Source of the DNA: Malacoraja senta | Lineage: Eukaryota | NCBI GenBank assembly: GCA_038087875.1 | Contig: CM075978.1 | Coordinates: 180,048,001-180,112,000, forward strand | Length of the DNA: 64,000 nucleotides | Direction of reading: 5' to 3' | Part shown: one piece after another, positions 52,217-63,878 of the stretch | Layout: the number at the start of each line of letters is the position of its first letter | Position numbering within the stretch: the stretch's first letter is position 1 | Program-made: the position numbers and the translations under genes | Notes under the pieces: model-generated | The model's database searches: none | Seen by the model: only the letters and a program-made list of their open reading frames with translations | Told to the model about the DNA's origin: nothing

Positions 52217-53119
52217 AATCTGTTTGGCACAAATTTATTGTATTACACATTGTTTTTCTTTGCACTGGCTTTCATAATTTGTTTGCTGTCTTAGTCTGCC
52301 TGCCTTTGATGCTGCTGTAAGCAAGCTGTTCATTGTACTTGTAACTTACTGTATTTGGGCATATGTCAATAAACTCTACTCGCCAATATAATTTAGCATC
52401 ATTATCATACAAAGCTGTATTCTACAAAGTGTAACAAAATAAAAGAATGGATTTTGATTGTCTTAATTCAAGGTAAATAATGGTAAGACCAACATGGCCT
52501 ACTTTACTTCTAGTCACATAAATTACCGATAAATTAAGAAACATTTCAGAATATTAAAAATACATAATTTGCATTGTATAATTAAATAATTGATAATGTG
52601 GGAAAATGGCTGCCAGGACCATTCATATGAAATCGGTCTTTACCTATAGGAATGATACATTTTGTTCCAAATATTCACACTGTTGCCACTTGTTCTCACC
52701 CCTTTCCACTAACTCCATGCCTCTGCCCCACCAGACCCCATTCTTAAATAGTAAGATGGTCTGCTTAAATCATGCATTTTAGTGGTGCAATTTTTCTGCT
52801 GCATCTCTGTTAAAAATGCTAATGAGCATCTACAATTAAAGAAAATCAATACAATTATAGATACTTAATCTAAAGCAGAGAACATTAAATATTATTAAAG
52901 GATAGGCAAATGCTTTGACAGAGAATGCAACAGAAATAATGCATGCATTCTCAATACTATGAAACATCTTTAATAAAATAATATCCTCATGTTGCATTGG
53001 GAGGATAGTCTGTCAGTTGACTTCAAAGTCAGTCAATTTGGCTTTTATAAAACAAAAAAGGTAAGAAAATAGGTTGTATGGAAGCCGATGAGTCCCTTGC
53101 AATTATAATAAGGGCTATT

Positions 53120-54471
53120 CAGAATCTAAAATTAAGAAACCTATCTCTCTTAATACCAATAGTCAATAACCCATCGTTTAAACCTTCAATCATAGATAAA
53201 TCATTTATACAATGGGAAAGAATGGGAATCAAAACGCTCGAAGATCTGTATGAATTAGAAAAATTACTATCATTCCAACAACTACAACTGAAATATAATT
53301 TGAAAAATAATCAATATTTTAAATATCTACAAATCTGTGACTATTTGAAAACACACACAAAAGATTATTATAATATGCCTTCCGACTTACTAGATGAAGC
53401 AATGAAGACAAAGGCGGAATCAGTTAATTTAATATCATACTTATATAATATCATCTTAAATATAGAAATACCCACAACAGATGGAATTAGAAGAGATTGG
53501 GAACAAGATCTAGGTATAAAAATTTCAAAAGAGAGTTGGGATAATCATTTATTACAGGTGCATAAATGCTCGATCAACGTACGACATACGCTTATCCAAT
53601 TTAAAACATTACATAGATTATATTATTCAAAAACCAAACTAAATAAAATCTTTCCTAACGTCTCACCAATCTGTGATAAATGTATATGTCAAGAAGCTAC
53701 CATAGCACATTCTTTTGTTTTTTGTACAAAAATCCAAAAATTCTGGTTTGAAATATTTGATATTTTTTCAAAATTAATCAAAATAAAACTGGTACCAAAA
53801 CCAGAATGGATTATTTTTGGAATATCGGAAGGTATTCCTGAATTAAACGTGTATCAGAAGAATTTACTCAATTATGGGCTAATAATGGGAAAAAAGCTTA
53901 TACTTAAATTCTGGAAAAATGCGCCCACACCAACAATAAAAATGTGGACATCAAATATGTTGGAAACATTACATCTGGAAGAGATGAGATTCCTCCTAGT
54001 AGGCAAAGTAGACCAATTTCAAAAGACGTGGTCTACGTTTTTGGACCTATTACAAGCATGAGGTGCAATTGTAATTTAGAAAAACAAATAAATAAATAAA
54101 AGGTATCTGGACCTGGTAATGGGAGGTAAAATAAAAACAGACTTGGTTGGTAGTTCCTTCTCTATGAAGTATGGTATAAGAGTTATAATAGAGCGATTGT
54201 TCCTTCTTTCTTTCTCTTTCTTTTCTAGGGTCTATTTTCTAACTTTACTTCCTTCTCTAACTTCTTTTCTAAGGGGCTTTCTTTTCCCAACACTCTTTTG
54301 CACTTCACAACCTTTGCGCACTTTCTTCACTTTTCTTACTTCTTTCTTTTTCTTTCTTAAAGTTTAAAAAAGTGAAGCGGTACAAAAAATGTATTAATAT
54401 ATACGTGTTGTACATTACTGTAATCTACCGTACTTCTATTAAAAAAATTATTTAAAAAAAAAATAATAATA
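53120..54471 (+). mobile_element. 5'-truncated L1 (ORF2 C-terminus, 3'UTR, A-rich tail) with 15-bp TSD
   Basis: ataataagggctatt at 53105-53119 and 54472-54486. The protein is homologous to the C-terminus of the L1 at 37.8-38.8 kb. Confidence 0.92.
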
Positions 54472-56531
54472 ATAATAAGGGCTATTTAACTTCAGACCAG
54501 TGTCAGTACTTGTAAACAGCACAAATTAACCAGGATTTTCTGGAAACATAAGTTACAGAACATAGATTACATACTTTATATATCCAGAAAGGAGCCTATT
54601 CCCTAAAGGAGCCTAGTCAGACAACGATTAAAATGTAGATGTCCAGAAATTACGTTTTTGTTTTGTCAATCGTTGGTTGGCACATTCACTCGTCCAATTT
54701 TTCCTCTGGAGACACAAGGTTTGAAATAGAGGCAGGGGCAGTTGGTGGACGGGAAGGAAGGGAAATGGGTACCTTTCAACGTTTAACATTTAACTATTAA
54801 AATTTCCAATCGGAATGGGATTAATGTTCCAGAACCGAATAACTAAATGTGTAGATCTGGGACTGATCAAATAAAAATAAAGGTATGGAACTTGAGCGGG
54901 CGAGTAGCCTTCATCATCCTGCCCCTTCGGGGCACCCGCGACCCCTGAAATAACGGCGCAACTCTAGCACATATTAACATATTTTTGTAACATTGTTTAA
55001 GGAGGAATTGGTCCATTTGTAATCGTAGAACTCGCAATTTGGCTTTGAAATTCTTTCGACGGTCCCTAGTTTTTAAAATTTATGTAAAAACATAACGCTG
55101 AATGAGTCTGGGCTTGATTAATAATTTAACTTCGTGGGACACTACCAAACGAAAGATGTCAATGAACTGTGCAAATTTTACAGTCCAAACTGCCCCACTT
55201 CAGACACAATCAGTTAAAGAGAAATGCATCTCTGATGCAACCGGCTGGTGGAGCAGGGACATTTAAAGTTAAAAGATTGTTTATACTATCCGAGCGACTG
55301 ACTGTTCAGTTTTGGAAATAAGCACATTAAATGCAGAGCTCCAGATACATTCACTGAGGTTAGCACCAATTAAGTTTCCCCAATATATTTCTGCCGAATA
55401 TATTTCTGCCGAATTGATAGCACCGTCGGACGGCACATGTAGTGCAATTATCCCATTGCCACCCGACTTTCCAGGAATTATTGTTTTATTCCCCGGGCGG
55501 AAGTCCATTCTGAGGGGAAAATTAACGCGCCTGTGCGTAGATATAATTCTACCCCAGTATGCTTGAGCATGAATCAATACGTTACTCTCCCGTGTGAAGT
55601 ATATTAGTATATTACACAGACCACTAGTAATGTAGCAATATACATCGATAACTCAGATCGCCATTTTCCATCATTTCGGCAGCTCTTCCAATGCATCCTG
55701 GAAATGGAGTTCCCTTCCTGTGGAATGCTGCAACTAATTGGGAGCCGAATTGTTTATTAAGTAGCGGGAATTGTTTATTAAGTAGCTGTTTACAGAAAGC
55801 GTGGCAATTCCCCTTGGATGGAACACCTGAAATTGTTTGTAAAACAAATACAACGGCAATCCAGATTTTTAAAAAGCAGATATGTCTGCTTCTTCGCTGC
55901 CCAGCTGAACTAAAACCCCATACTGGTACTCTTTAGGGGTAAACGATAACTAATAATTAAATTCAAATATTTCGTCTTAATGAACTACATTCAAGGTTGT
56001 GGGAAGTTAGCAATTTCAATGGTTAGAAGTAGACGGATACTGGGGAAATGTTAATGCATTTCACACGATGTGTTGCAGCTATAGAGCACAGCGTATTGCG
56101 ACATATACCTTAAAAGTACAATTTTGTTCAGCAAATGATTTCGAAATAACTGTTCAGCCGATGCCCGCGGTTGCCACACGGAATTATAAAGGGACGCCGA
56201 TGGATGATACAAAATGTGCATTCGGCGCGTTCCTTTACGAATATCCCCCTCCTTCCATTATTATACATGTCATTGTCTCCCGTGGTTCACAATGCCCGGT
56301 ACCAATATTCCCTTGTACCCCCTGTCACTGCTGTAAGGTTTTGCCCGGCAGCGACCATTATTTACGCGTAGTGTATGAACCGTAAATGAACACTTTACGG
56401 AAATATGTTTTAGCTACTTTTTATTCCCTTCATTCCTGTCCAGTCTCCTGTCGCACTGCAGCGGATCAACATTGCCCCGAGCCAGGTTTATAAACAAAAG
56501 TGGCAGCATGTCGCTGAGAACGATCGCTCAC

Positions 56532-56843
56532 CTTTTACTCGAAGGGTTACACCTGTTCCATTTCCAGTGTATTCACCCTCCACTCTGCAGTAATAGATTC
56601 CGGCATCTCCGAATCTCACGTTCCGAATCTCAAGCGAAGCGCTCGCTCTAGATTCCACCTTGAACATTTTCCTGTGATCTTCTCCCTCTTTGAAAAATTC
56701 CCGTTCTCCAATTTTCCACCAATACATCCTAATGTTATTTTTATCTCTAAATAGCCCGAACGAGCATTGCAAACTCGCGATCTGCCCTACCAATGCATCG
56801 ATTTTATCCGGCATTTGATGCACCTCCGTAACCTCGGCGAATG
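56532..56843 (-). CDS. Exon 2: V-set Ig domain with germline-joined J-like segment (NKp30/NCR3-like)
   Basis: Acceptor tttttgcag| at 56844 and donor AAAG|gtgag at 56531, phase 1-1, 312 nt. Contains B-strand LQCSF, C-strand MYWW, and ASLEIRNVRFGDAGIYYCRVE followed by GNGTGVTLRV (G-x-G-T G-strand motif). Confidence 0.93.
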
Positions 56844-57095
56844 CTGCAAAAATAAACGGAAAACAGTGTGTGTATATTTACGAAAGGCTGAGGACAACAA
56901 CAAACCTTCTAGTCTTTCAATTGATTTTAACACATCCATGGAAATAGCGACTTGCTTTAATGTACAAACACCACAGGAACAGACAGATACCTTCCAAAGA
57001 CCAGACACAATGAATTAAAAAGAGCGACAAAACAAATGATAATTAGTTTGCTTAGTGAACTCGCCGCTACATGTGCAAGTGTTTATGAAGAATAC

Positions 57096-57150
57096 CTGTG
57101 CAAATAACGGCTAGAATGAGGAAGGGGTTAAATTCCTTTTTTCCATACAT
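57096..57150 (-). CDS. Exon 1 (signal peptide) of VJ-C1 Ig-superfamily receptor
   Basis: ATG at 57150-57148 gives MYGKKEFNPFLILAVICT followed by a phase-1 donor (ACAG|gtatt). It splices in frame to the V exon to give ...LILAVICTAFA|EV, a plausible signal peptide and cleavage site. Confidence 0.75.
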
Positions 57151-57750
57151 ACTGAGTACCGACTTCGCAATTGAGGAGCCACGAGAGACCGCGGAGTCGA
57201 ACAACAGAAAGTTGCTGAGCCACGCAGCTGCGTTGGTTTGGGGATGGTGGGTGGGAATAACGGTATGTAGAGGGACTTTTTTTTTTGGCGGGGTATATTG
57301 TGCAAACGAAACTAAATGTCAGACTTGCAGCTTTGCGGTTTCAGTACCGTCAAACGTCAGTTGAGATCTGCGAAGAACATGCTCGCTGCTGGAAATGGAA
57401 ATTGAGGCTAATTCAAAGAATTAGAAAACACATTGAAGGAGAGTTTTTATCACAAGATGTGTGTGGCGGGTGTGGGGTTGACAGGATTGTTAGGGGTGAA
57501 GGCAGGGAGCTGTGTGGCTCAGCAACTTTCTGTTGTTCGGTTCCATGATCTGCAGATTCCTGTTCCTGCGCAGAATAAATATTTTTAACTTCACGGGAAG
57601 CCAAATGTACAAGAGGCTCTACATTCACCCTCAGCAGATAACACAGCGTGCAGTGCTTGTGCGTATCCCTTGCGAGATTCTGCAGGCGATGCGATTGCTA
57701 CATTGAGCGGAAATGTTCCCCACAATAGGGATATTTTAGAGGCAACTGAA
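57151..57750 (-). promoter_or_regulatory. Putative 5'UTR/promoter of the VJ-C1 gene within a CpG-rich region
   Basis: Immediately upstream of the leader ATG. Repeat-free, with visibly more CpG than the AT-rich flanks (the CpG enrichment spans about 54.9-57.7 kb). Contains a 32-bp inverted repeat. Confidence 0.5.
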
Positions 57751-58479
57751 ACTCAAACACGTGTATCATTTCCAAATTTAAACCTTGATATGTAGCAAGA
57801 ACAATCCCATATCTATCCTCTGATTTCACTTATTTGCTCCAAGCAAGATTTGATCATCGTCTTGCACTTTCTCCTTGCTGTAATTTCTTTGGGGGAAACA
57901 ACCATTCTAATTGTTAAAGTTTTACATTCAAATTGTCAAAAAGCTGTGTCATGTGACATCTGAAACAACTAGTTACATTCCTGGAATTTTTGGATCGCTT
58001 GTTGTTCCAAAAAGTCTTAGTGACCTGTATAAATATAATCAAAAATCTTTTTAACAAGGAGTTAACTTGTCATTGCAAGGTAAAGAATAATTTAATATTA
58101 ACTAACATACTCAAAGAAATAAATTAAGTCATCAACAGGAGTTAACTTCTTTGTTATCTTTTACACACTGAGAGCATCACAATGCATGCACGTTCTCTTA
58201 TCTTGATTTTTGACGTTCAAAACACATAACAACAATATAAGGTAGGTGTGTGGTATCTCAGGTCCAGAATGCAAAATGTTCACATATTTCACCATTTTAA
58301 CTGGTGTTGCACAATAGCCATTGTGAACTTGGGTCGTTATCGCTTCTAAAATTAATTCGGATTAAAAAAGATATGAAACAAGCAAAGATTAAGAGAGCAA
58401 GTTTGCAGCAAAATCCTGTAAATTACAAAATTTCACAACGGTTCTCATTCCGTGCTCTAAAACTGATCTCCCGCTTGTT

Positions 58480-58830
58480 CAGCACTTAAACTCCCCCTCC
58501 CATGCCCAATCAGATTTTTCTGTCCTGGGCCTTCTCCATTGTCAAAGTGAGGCCCAGCGCATATTGGAGGGACAGCACCTTATATTTCGCTTGGATAGCT
58601 TACATCCCAGCGGTATGAACATTGACTTCTCTAACTTCAAATAGCCCTTGCTTTCTCTCTCTCCATCCCCTCCCCAGTTCTCCCACCAGTTTCCGACTAC
58701 GTTCTATCTATGTCCCGCCCATTCCCCTGACATCAGTCTGAAGGGTCTCGACCCGAAACGTCACCCATTCCTTCTCTCCAGAGATGCTGCCTGTCCCGCT
58801 GAGTTACTCCAGTATTTTGTGTCTACCTTC
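58480..58830 (+). mobile_element. Penelope 3' fragment (GIY-YIG end plus pLTR)
   Basis: Homologous to 1040-1500. The hammerhead core has a 3-nt deletion (ctgaagggtc). Confidence 0.8.
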
Positions 58831-59379
58831 CTGTAAATGACTATTACTTTTTCTACAGACACCATTGGGTTATTTTAAATCTACTGTGTTAACTATAAAC
58901 ATACTTTATTAAAAATTCAACTTTCCCCAACCAGGGGATAAACAGGGTAGAGCTTTATACAGCTTGGCTCAAGCTTTGAATTCACTTGTCCTTAAAAGCT
59001 GTAAAGATTTTTAATGTATATGTGTGTATATGTATCCACTCTTAAGTTTATGATTCCTCTTCTTTGTATGTTTCTTAAATGTAGCAGTACAAGATACTTC
59101 TAAAAAACATGGCTGGCTTCATGGCAACTTATTATTTCTAAAACCTCTTAATTCTTAACAACTGTCAATAAGTCCCTTGCCTTTGGAAAATATATCAGTC
59201 GTCAATTTAAACTTAAATTTTAATTCAAAACTTCTCTCAAGATAGGCATGGAAAACAATGTTGTTTTATATAATGCAGAAATATTAATCCATGAAATGGG
59301 TGACTCTTCCCAGGGTCACTGTTGCAGAAGTTTGATCAGCCTTCCTGAGGGTGAATCCATGGAAAGTAATTGGTCCAGA

Positions 59380-59950
59380 GCCCATGGCCATGTCCTGGGG
59401 AACTGCATGGACCAACTAGCAGGAGTGTTCACAGGCATCTTCAATCTCTCCCTCCTCCATTCTGAGGTACACATCTGCTTAAAAAAGACCATTATCATCC
59501 CACTGCCATAGAAAAGCAAGATCTAATTTCTTAACAACTACCGTCCAGTGGTCTTGACATTCACCATCATGTAGGGTTTTGAGAGGCTGGTTATGGAATG
59601 CATTAAATCTCGTCTACCAAACAACCTTAACCCATTGCAGTTCACCTACCGTCACAACAGGTCCATGGCTGATGCCATCTCCCTGGCCCTTCACTCATCC
59701 CTGGAACACCTGGATTAGAGAAACACCTACAGACTTCTTCTATTCATAGACTAGAACTCTGCTTTCAATATGTTTATCCCATCCAAGCTCTTCACTAAAT
59801 TCATGAAACTTGGAGTCAGCATGCTCTTCAGTCATCCAACATTTTCCCATTAGTCATATATTATTTACAGTGTACCATGTTTACATATTCTGTTGTGCTG
59901 CAGAAAGTAAGAATTTAATTGTTCTATCTGGGACATATGACAATAAAACA
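59380..59950 (+). mobile_element. Rex1/Babar fragment with 3' end
   Basis: DQLAGVFTGIFNLSLL...CLKKTIIIPLP; ends atatgacaataaa. Confidence 0.7.
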
Positions 59951-59959
59951 CTCTTGATC

Positions 59960-60555
59960 CAGAGTGATAGTGTGGAAACAGGCCCTTTTGCCCAACTTGC
60001 CCACACCATCCAACATGTCCCAACTACATTAGACACACCATCCCGCATTTGGTCCATATCCCCCCAAACCTGTCCTCTCCATGTACCTGTCTAACTGTTT
60101 CTTAAATGTTGGGATAGTCCCTGCCTCAACTACTTCCTCTGGCATGTTCCATTCACCCACTACCCTTTGTGTGAAAAAGTTACCCCTCAAATTCCTATTA
60201 AATCTTTTCCCCATCACCTTAAGCCTATGTCCTCTAGTCCTCGATTCACCTACTCTGGGCAAGAGACTCTGTGCATCTCCCCTCTCATTATCTTACACAT
60301 CTCGACAAGATCACCCCTCAGCCTCCTGCAATAGAGTTCCAGCCTACTCAACCTCTCCCTAAAGCTCAGATACTCTAGTCCTAGCAACATCCTTGTAAAT
60401 CTTGTCTACACCATTTCCAGCTTGACAACGTCTTTCCTATAACACAGTGCCCAGAACTGAACACAGTACACTAAATGCGGCCTGACCAATGTCTCATACA
60501 ACTGCAACATGACCTCCCAGCTTCTATACTCAATACTCTGGCTGATGAAAACCAA
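59960..60555 (-). mobile_element. CR1 LINE 3' fragment
   Basis: GESRTRGHRLKV...GNFFTQRVVGEWN plus tail. Confidence 0.85.
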
Positions 60556-61759
60556 TGAGTTTTGATAACCTATGATAAAAGGACAGAATTCAAAGTAAAT
60601 AGTTGGTGTATCAATAATTAGAAAAGCTGGAATGCAGCTCCATCAGATCTGGACTGAAAGACAAATCAAGGAGCAAGTTGCAATAAACCTCTCCCGGTTA
60701 ACAAACCAATTGTTACCAACTTCATAAGGAAATGTGTGGAGTGTTCTCCCATGAAAACCACCTCACTGTTCCCCAACCAGAAGCCTTGGATGAACCAGGA
60801 GGTCTGCTTTCTTCTGAGGACCAGATCTCGGGCATTCTAACACAGAGAGCCATTGGACCCAATGTCCTTCAGTAGAACTTTCTTATCTCAGGAATCAATC
60901 AGTAATTTGATAAATCTTCATTCCACCTCTCGAAAGAGTAGATGGGAAAATAGAACAATATAGAACTAGTGTGAACGGATGAACAATTGTTGGTTGGCAT
61001 GGACTCAGTGCGCCAGAGAGCCTGTTTCCATGCTGGATCTCTAAACTAAAAGGGCTAGATTTTATTTTGCTAATATCTTCATTACAGTTATACCAAACTT
61101 CTTTTCCACTGAAGACTAACATCCCATTTGTCTTTCCCAGTTTTATAATATCAACCGGACTGTTGTCTCAATCTTTGATTGGTACCATTCTCTGCCCAAA
61201 ATCATGGCAGCCACACCAGTTAGTTAATCTACATTCTTCACTGTGCACAGTGAAAGTGTGGAAAGTTTAGAATCACTTTTTTATTTTGTGCACCAAGAGC
61301 GAGCATCAGGCTTCCTTTTATATTTCAACAGTTTTGTCAGACGAAGAGAATGTATCCACATTCCTAAACTACAGACAATGACCTCTTACACATCGTATAA
61401 ATTTTGCTTCCCAATCATCTTTATTGCCTCTGAGTGACCCGATCAAAGTCATATTACTTTGTGCATCATTTCATCATGGAGAGAAAATAGAATAATATTT
61501 GCCTTGGATTCTCACATATCGTTGAGCATCCAGCTTCCAAGTTAATGGGGCAGCAGACTGACAAATTTACCATCTACACTCTCAGCAAGAAAATGGTGCA
61601 CAGCCGTAAACCAGTTAGATAAAATAATATAAACTGGAGGAAATGTAAACAAAAATATATACCTCCAAAAATGTCTACCATCATAAGGATACATCACCAT
61701 CAAATTAACCAGATATTGATAGCAGCATCAACAAATCTGCTGCAAGCATCAATACATGA

Positions 61760-61770
61760 TTTATTTTATT
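61760..61770 (-). terminator. Candidate polyadenylation signals of ogfod1 (two overlapping AATAAA)
   Basis: Plus strand tttattttatt equals two AATAAA on the minus strand, about 410 nt downstream of the stop. Another AATAAA lies at 61420-61425. Confidence 0.45.
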
Positions 61771-62178
61771 AAAAGTATGAAATCTCTCATCCCAGAACAC
61801 TCACTGAACATAGTTAGCCGCAAAGTGTAGTCAATGTTAGACAAGATAAATTAAGGGAAACGTAATTCACATTTGTTCAGACATTTTTAATAGGGAATAA
61901 AAACCACATTTGTTCGAAAAAGATTTAAATCACTTCTATGAGACTTGCAGTACCCTTTCCCAGGTCAAATAAGTCCTTACTCAACTTCTGGAAAAGCCAA
62001 ATATCCAGCCCATCGAAAATGTAGTTGTGATCAGGGACCATTATGTGTCTGATCTTGGAATGGCCTAGCACATATTACCACATAAATCTTCTTTATCAGG
62101 AAGACCATGGTGTTGAGTACTTTTGCGCTTTATCCCATATCAGATGCAATGATTTAGGCAGAGAAGGCAGATGTGCAA

Positions 62179-62340
62179 TCACTCATAATACACAAAGGAA
62201 AAGTCCCAGAAACTACAGCCCTCATTATTCTTGTTAAACTGATTGATGCTCTTCTGGTTAACATGTTTCACAAATTTCAATGTTTCTTTATCTCGGTAGA
62301 TCAATGCCAATGCGTTGTCTTCTGGACAAAGAGTAAGTAA
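62179..62340 (-). CDS. ogfod1: OGFOD1 last coding exon
   Basis: Acceptor tatttcag|. Encodes LLTLCPEDNALALIYRDKETLKFVKHVN...FWDFSFVYYE*, ending in the conserved OGFOD1 terminus. Confidence 0.95.
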   Translation of the reverse strand, partial: LLTLCPEDNALALIYRDKETLKFVKHVNQKSINQFNKNNEGCSFWDFSFVYYE

Positions 62341-63656
62341 CTGAAATACAACATAAATAATTAAAAATGAATTTTGTTATAGAAAAGTAACACCTGATTT
62401 ATTCTCCATCACTCCACGATTCCCAATGTTTTTCTTATGAAAAAGTTGGGGGGTGCATGAACAAACTATAGGATCCAGCTGAGATACTTGCTGGTCAATG
62501 CAGGGAGGCTTCCCATATGATTCAAAGTTAGAGAACATCGCAGCCCCAAAATGGGTCATTCAGCCCCCCCCCCAATTCTTTGTTTGCCATCTGCATCATT
62601 CCTAATGGCCTACATTAGGTGCATATCCTTATTTTGCTTATTTCAACATCTCGCTAAATGGCTCTCAAATATAATTACAATCACCTATGGTCATAAATTT
62701 AAATAATCAGCATTCTGTAAAAAAACCTTTGACTAAAATCCCATTTAAAAATGCCTTAAGGCCATCTTAAATTTATGTCCACATGAGTTTGATACTTCCC
62801 ACCATGGGAAAATAATTATTGCTACCTATGCCCATAAACTTTATATAGCGTTAGCAGGTCAGTTATCAGGCTCTTTTTCTTCAGAGAAAATAAAAATAGC
62901 CTATCTAATCACTAATCTCCAATAACTAAACTACTTTAATCCAGGCAACATTTGCACTCTCTCCAGCATAACCATATCCTTCCTGTAGTGTGGTGACCAG
63001 TACGATCCAAGTAGGGTTTTGTAAAATTGCAACAAAAGCATTCTAACTTTTATATTTTATGGAAGATAGACATAAAATGCTGGAGGTCAGGCAGCATCTC
63101 TGGAGAAAAGGAACAGGTGACGTTTTAGGTTGAAACCCTTCTTCTTTATATCCACTGATTTATAAAGACAAACATGCCTTGTGCACAACGCTTACTATCT
63201 GCATTTACACTCTCTGGAAATTATGGGCTTAAAGCACAAGGTCCCTCTGTTCATCAACATCGCTTAGCACCCAAACATTTATTGTCCTGCATCTATCTGA
63301 ACAAATATACATCATCTTGCACTTGTCAAAATTAAATTCCATCTGTAAACTTACTAATCATACCCAAGTTCCCATCAAAACTATAACATACATAAAAAAT
63401 AACGAGAGTCCCACACTGATCCTCGTGATGTATCAGTATTCTGCCTAATTCGTTGCAGAATGCAATGTCTGTTGGAACTTGCATGCAAAAGGCAACATGA
63501 CTTGGTTACTGGGATTCCTAAATAAGATTTCATGGTTCAATGGTCCTTTATTGTCACAAGTACCAAGGTACAGCACGTAAGCATTTATTAAGCCTATATT
63601 AATTCCAAAGTTTTAAATCTCCTTAAGAAATTAATTTGAATTAATTCAGTTCATAC

Positions 63657-63715
63657 CTCTTCATCTTCCCCTTTTGCAATGTATGAAGTGACACCACCAA
63701 ATTCCTCATCCCAGC
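63657..63715 (-). CDS. ogfod1: OGFOD1 penultimate coding exon
   Basis: Acceptor ttccag| and donor GAG|gtatga. Encodes (G)WDEEFGGVTSYIAKGEDEE, in phase with both neighbouring exons. Confidence 0.95.
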
Positions 63716-63878
63716 CTGGAACAGAGAAATACGCATGTTCATTCTCCTAATCCCATCACATGTTTTCCTATACAATGTTTTGCTCTTCCCCTCAATGGTA
63801 TAACAAAAGCAAAGTTGTGATCCAGCATTACACCAGATGTGTAATACATATCCTGTAAATTAAAATCAGCATATTTAC

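Noticed and set aside
53078-54061. 327-aa ORF as a host gene
   Set aside because: It is the ORF2 C-terminus of a 5'-truncated L1. The first 14 codons come from flanking DNA and the TSD.
55281-55577. 98-aa minus-strand ORF in intron 2 as an additional exon
   Set aside because: No Ig or other recognisable motif and no convincing splice pair. The V and C1 exons join in frame without it.
56488-56900. RAG recombination signal sequences around the V exon
   Set aside because: No CACAGTG heptamer with a correctly spaced nonamer was seen at the V/J boundary, and the J-like strand is contiguous with V.
56991-57045. Hydrophobic stretch LSFVLSLFLIHCVWSLE with a phase-1 donor (GAAG|gtatct) as an alternative leader exon
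   Set aside because: An in-frame TAA at 57045-57043 precedes it and there is no ATG. The 57096-57150 exon has an ATG, the correct phase and a better signal peptide.
63739-63878. Read-through ORF continuing past the ogfod1 exon
   Set aside because: A canonical donor at 63878 and an in-phase downstream exon show that this is intron.
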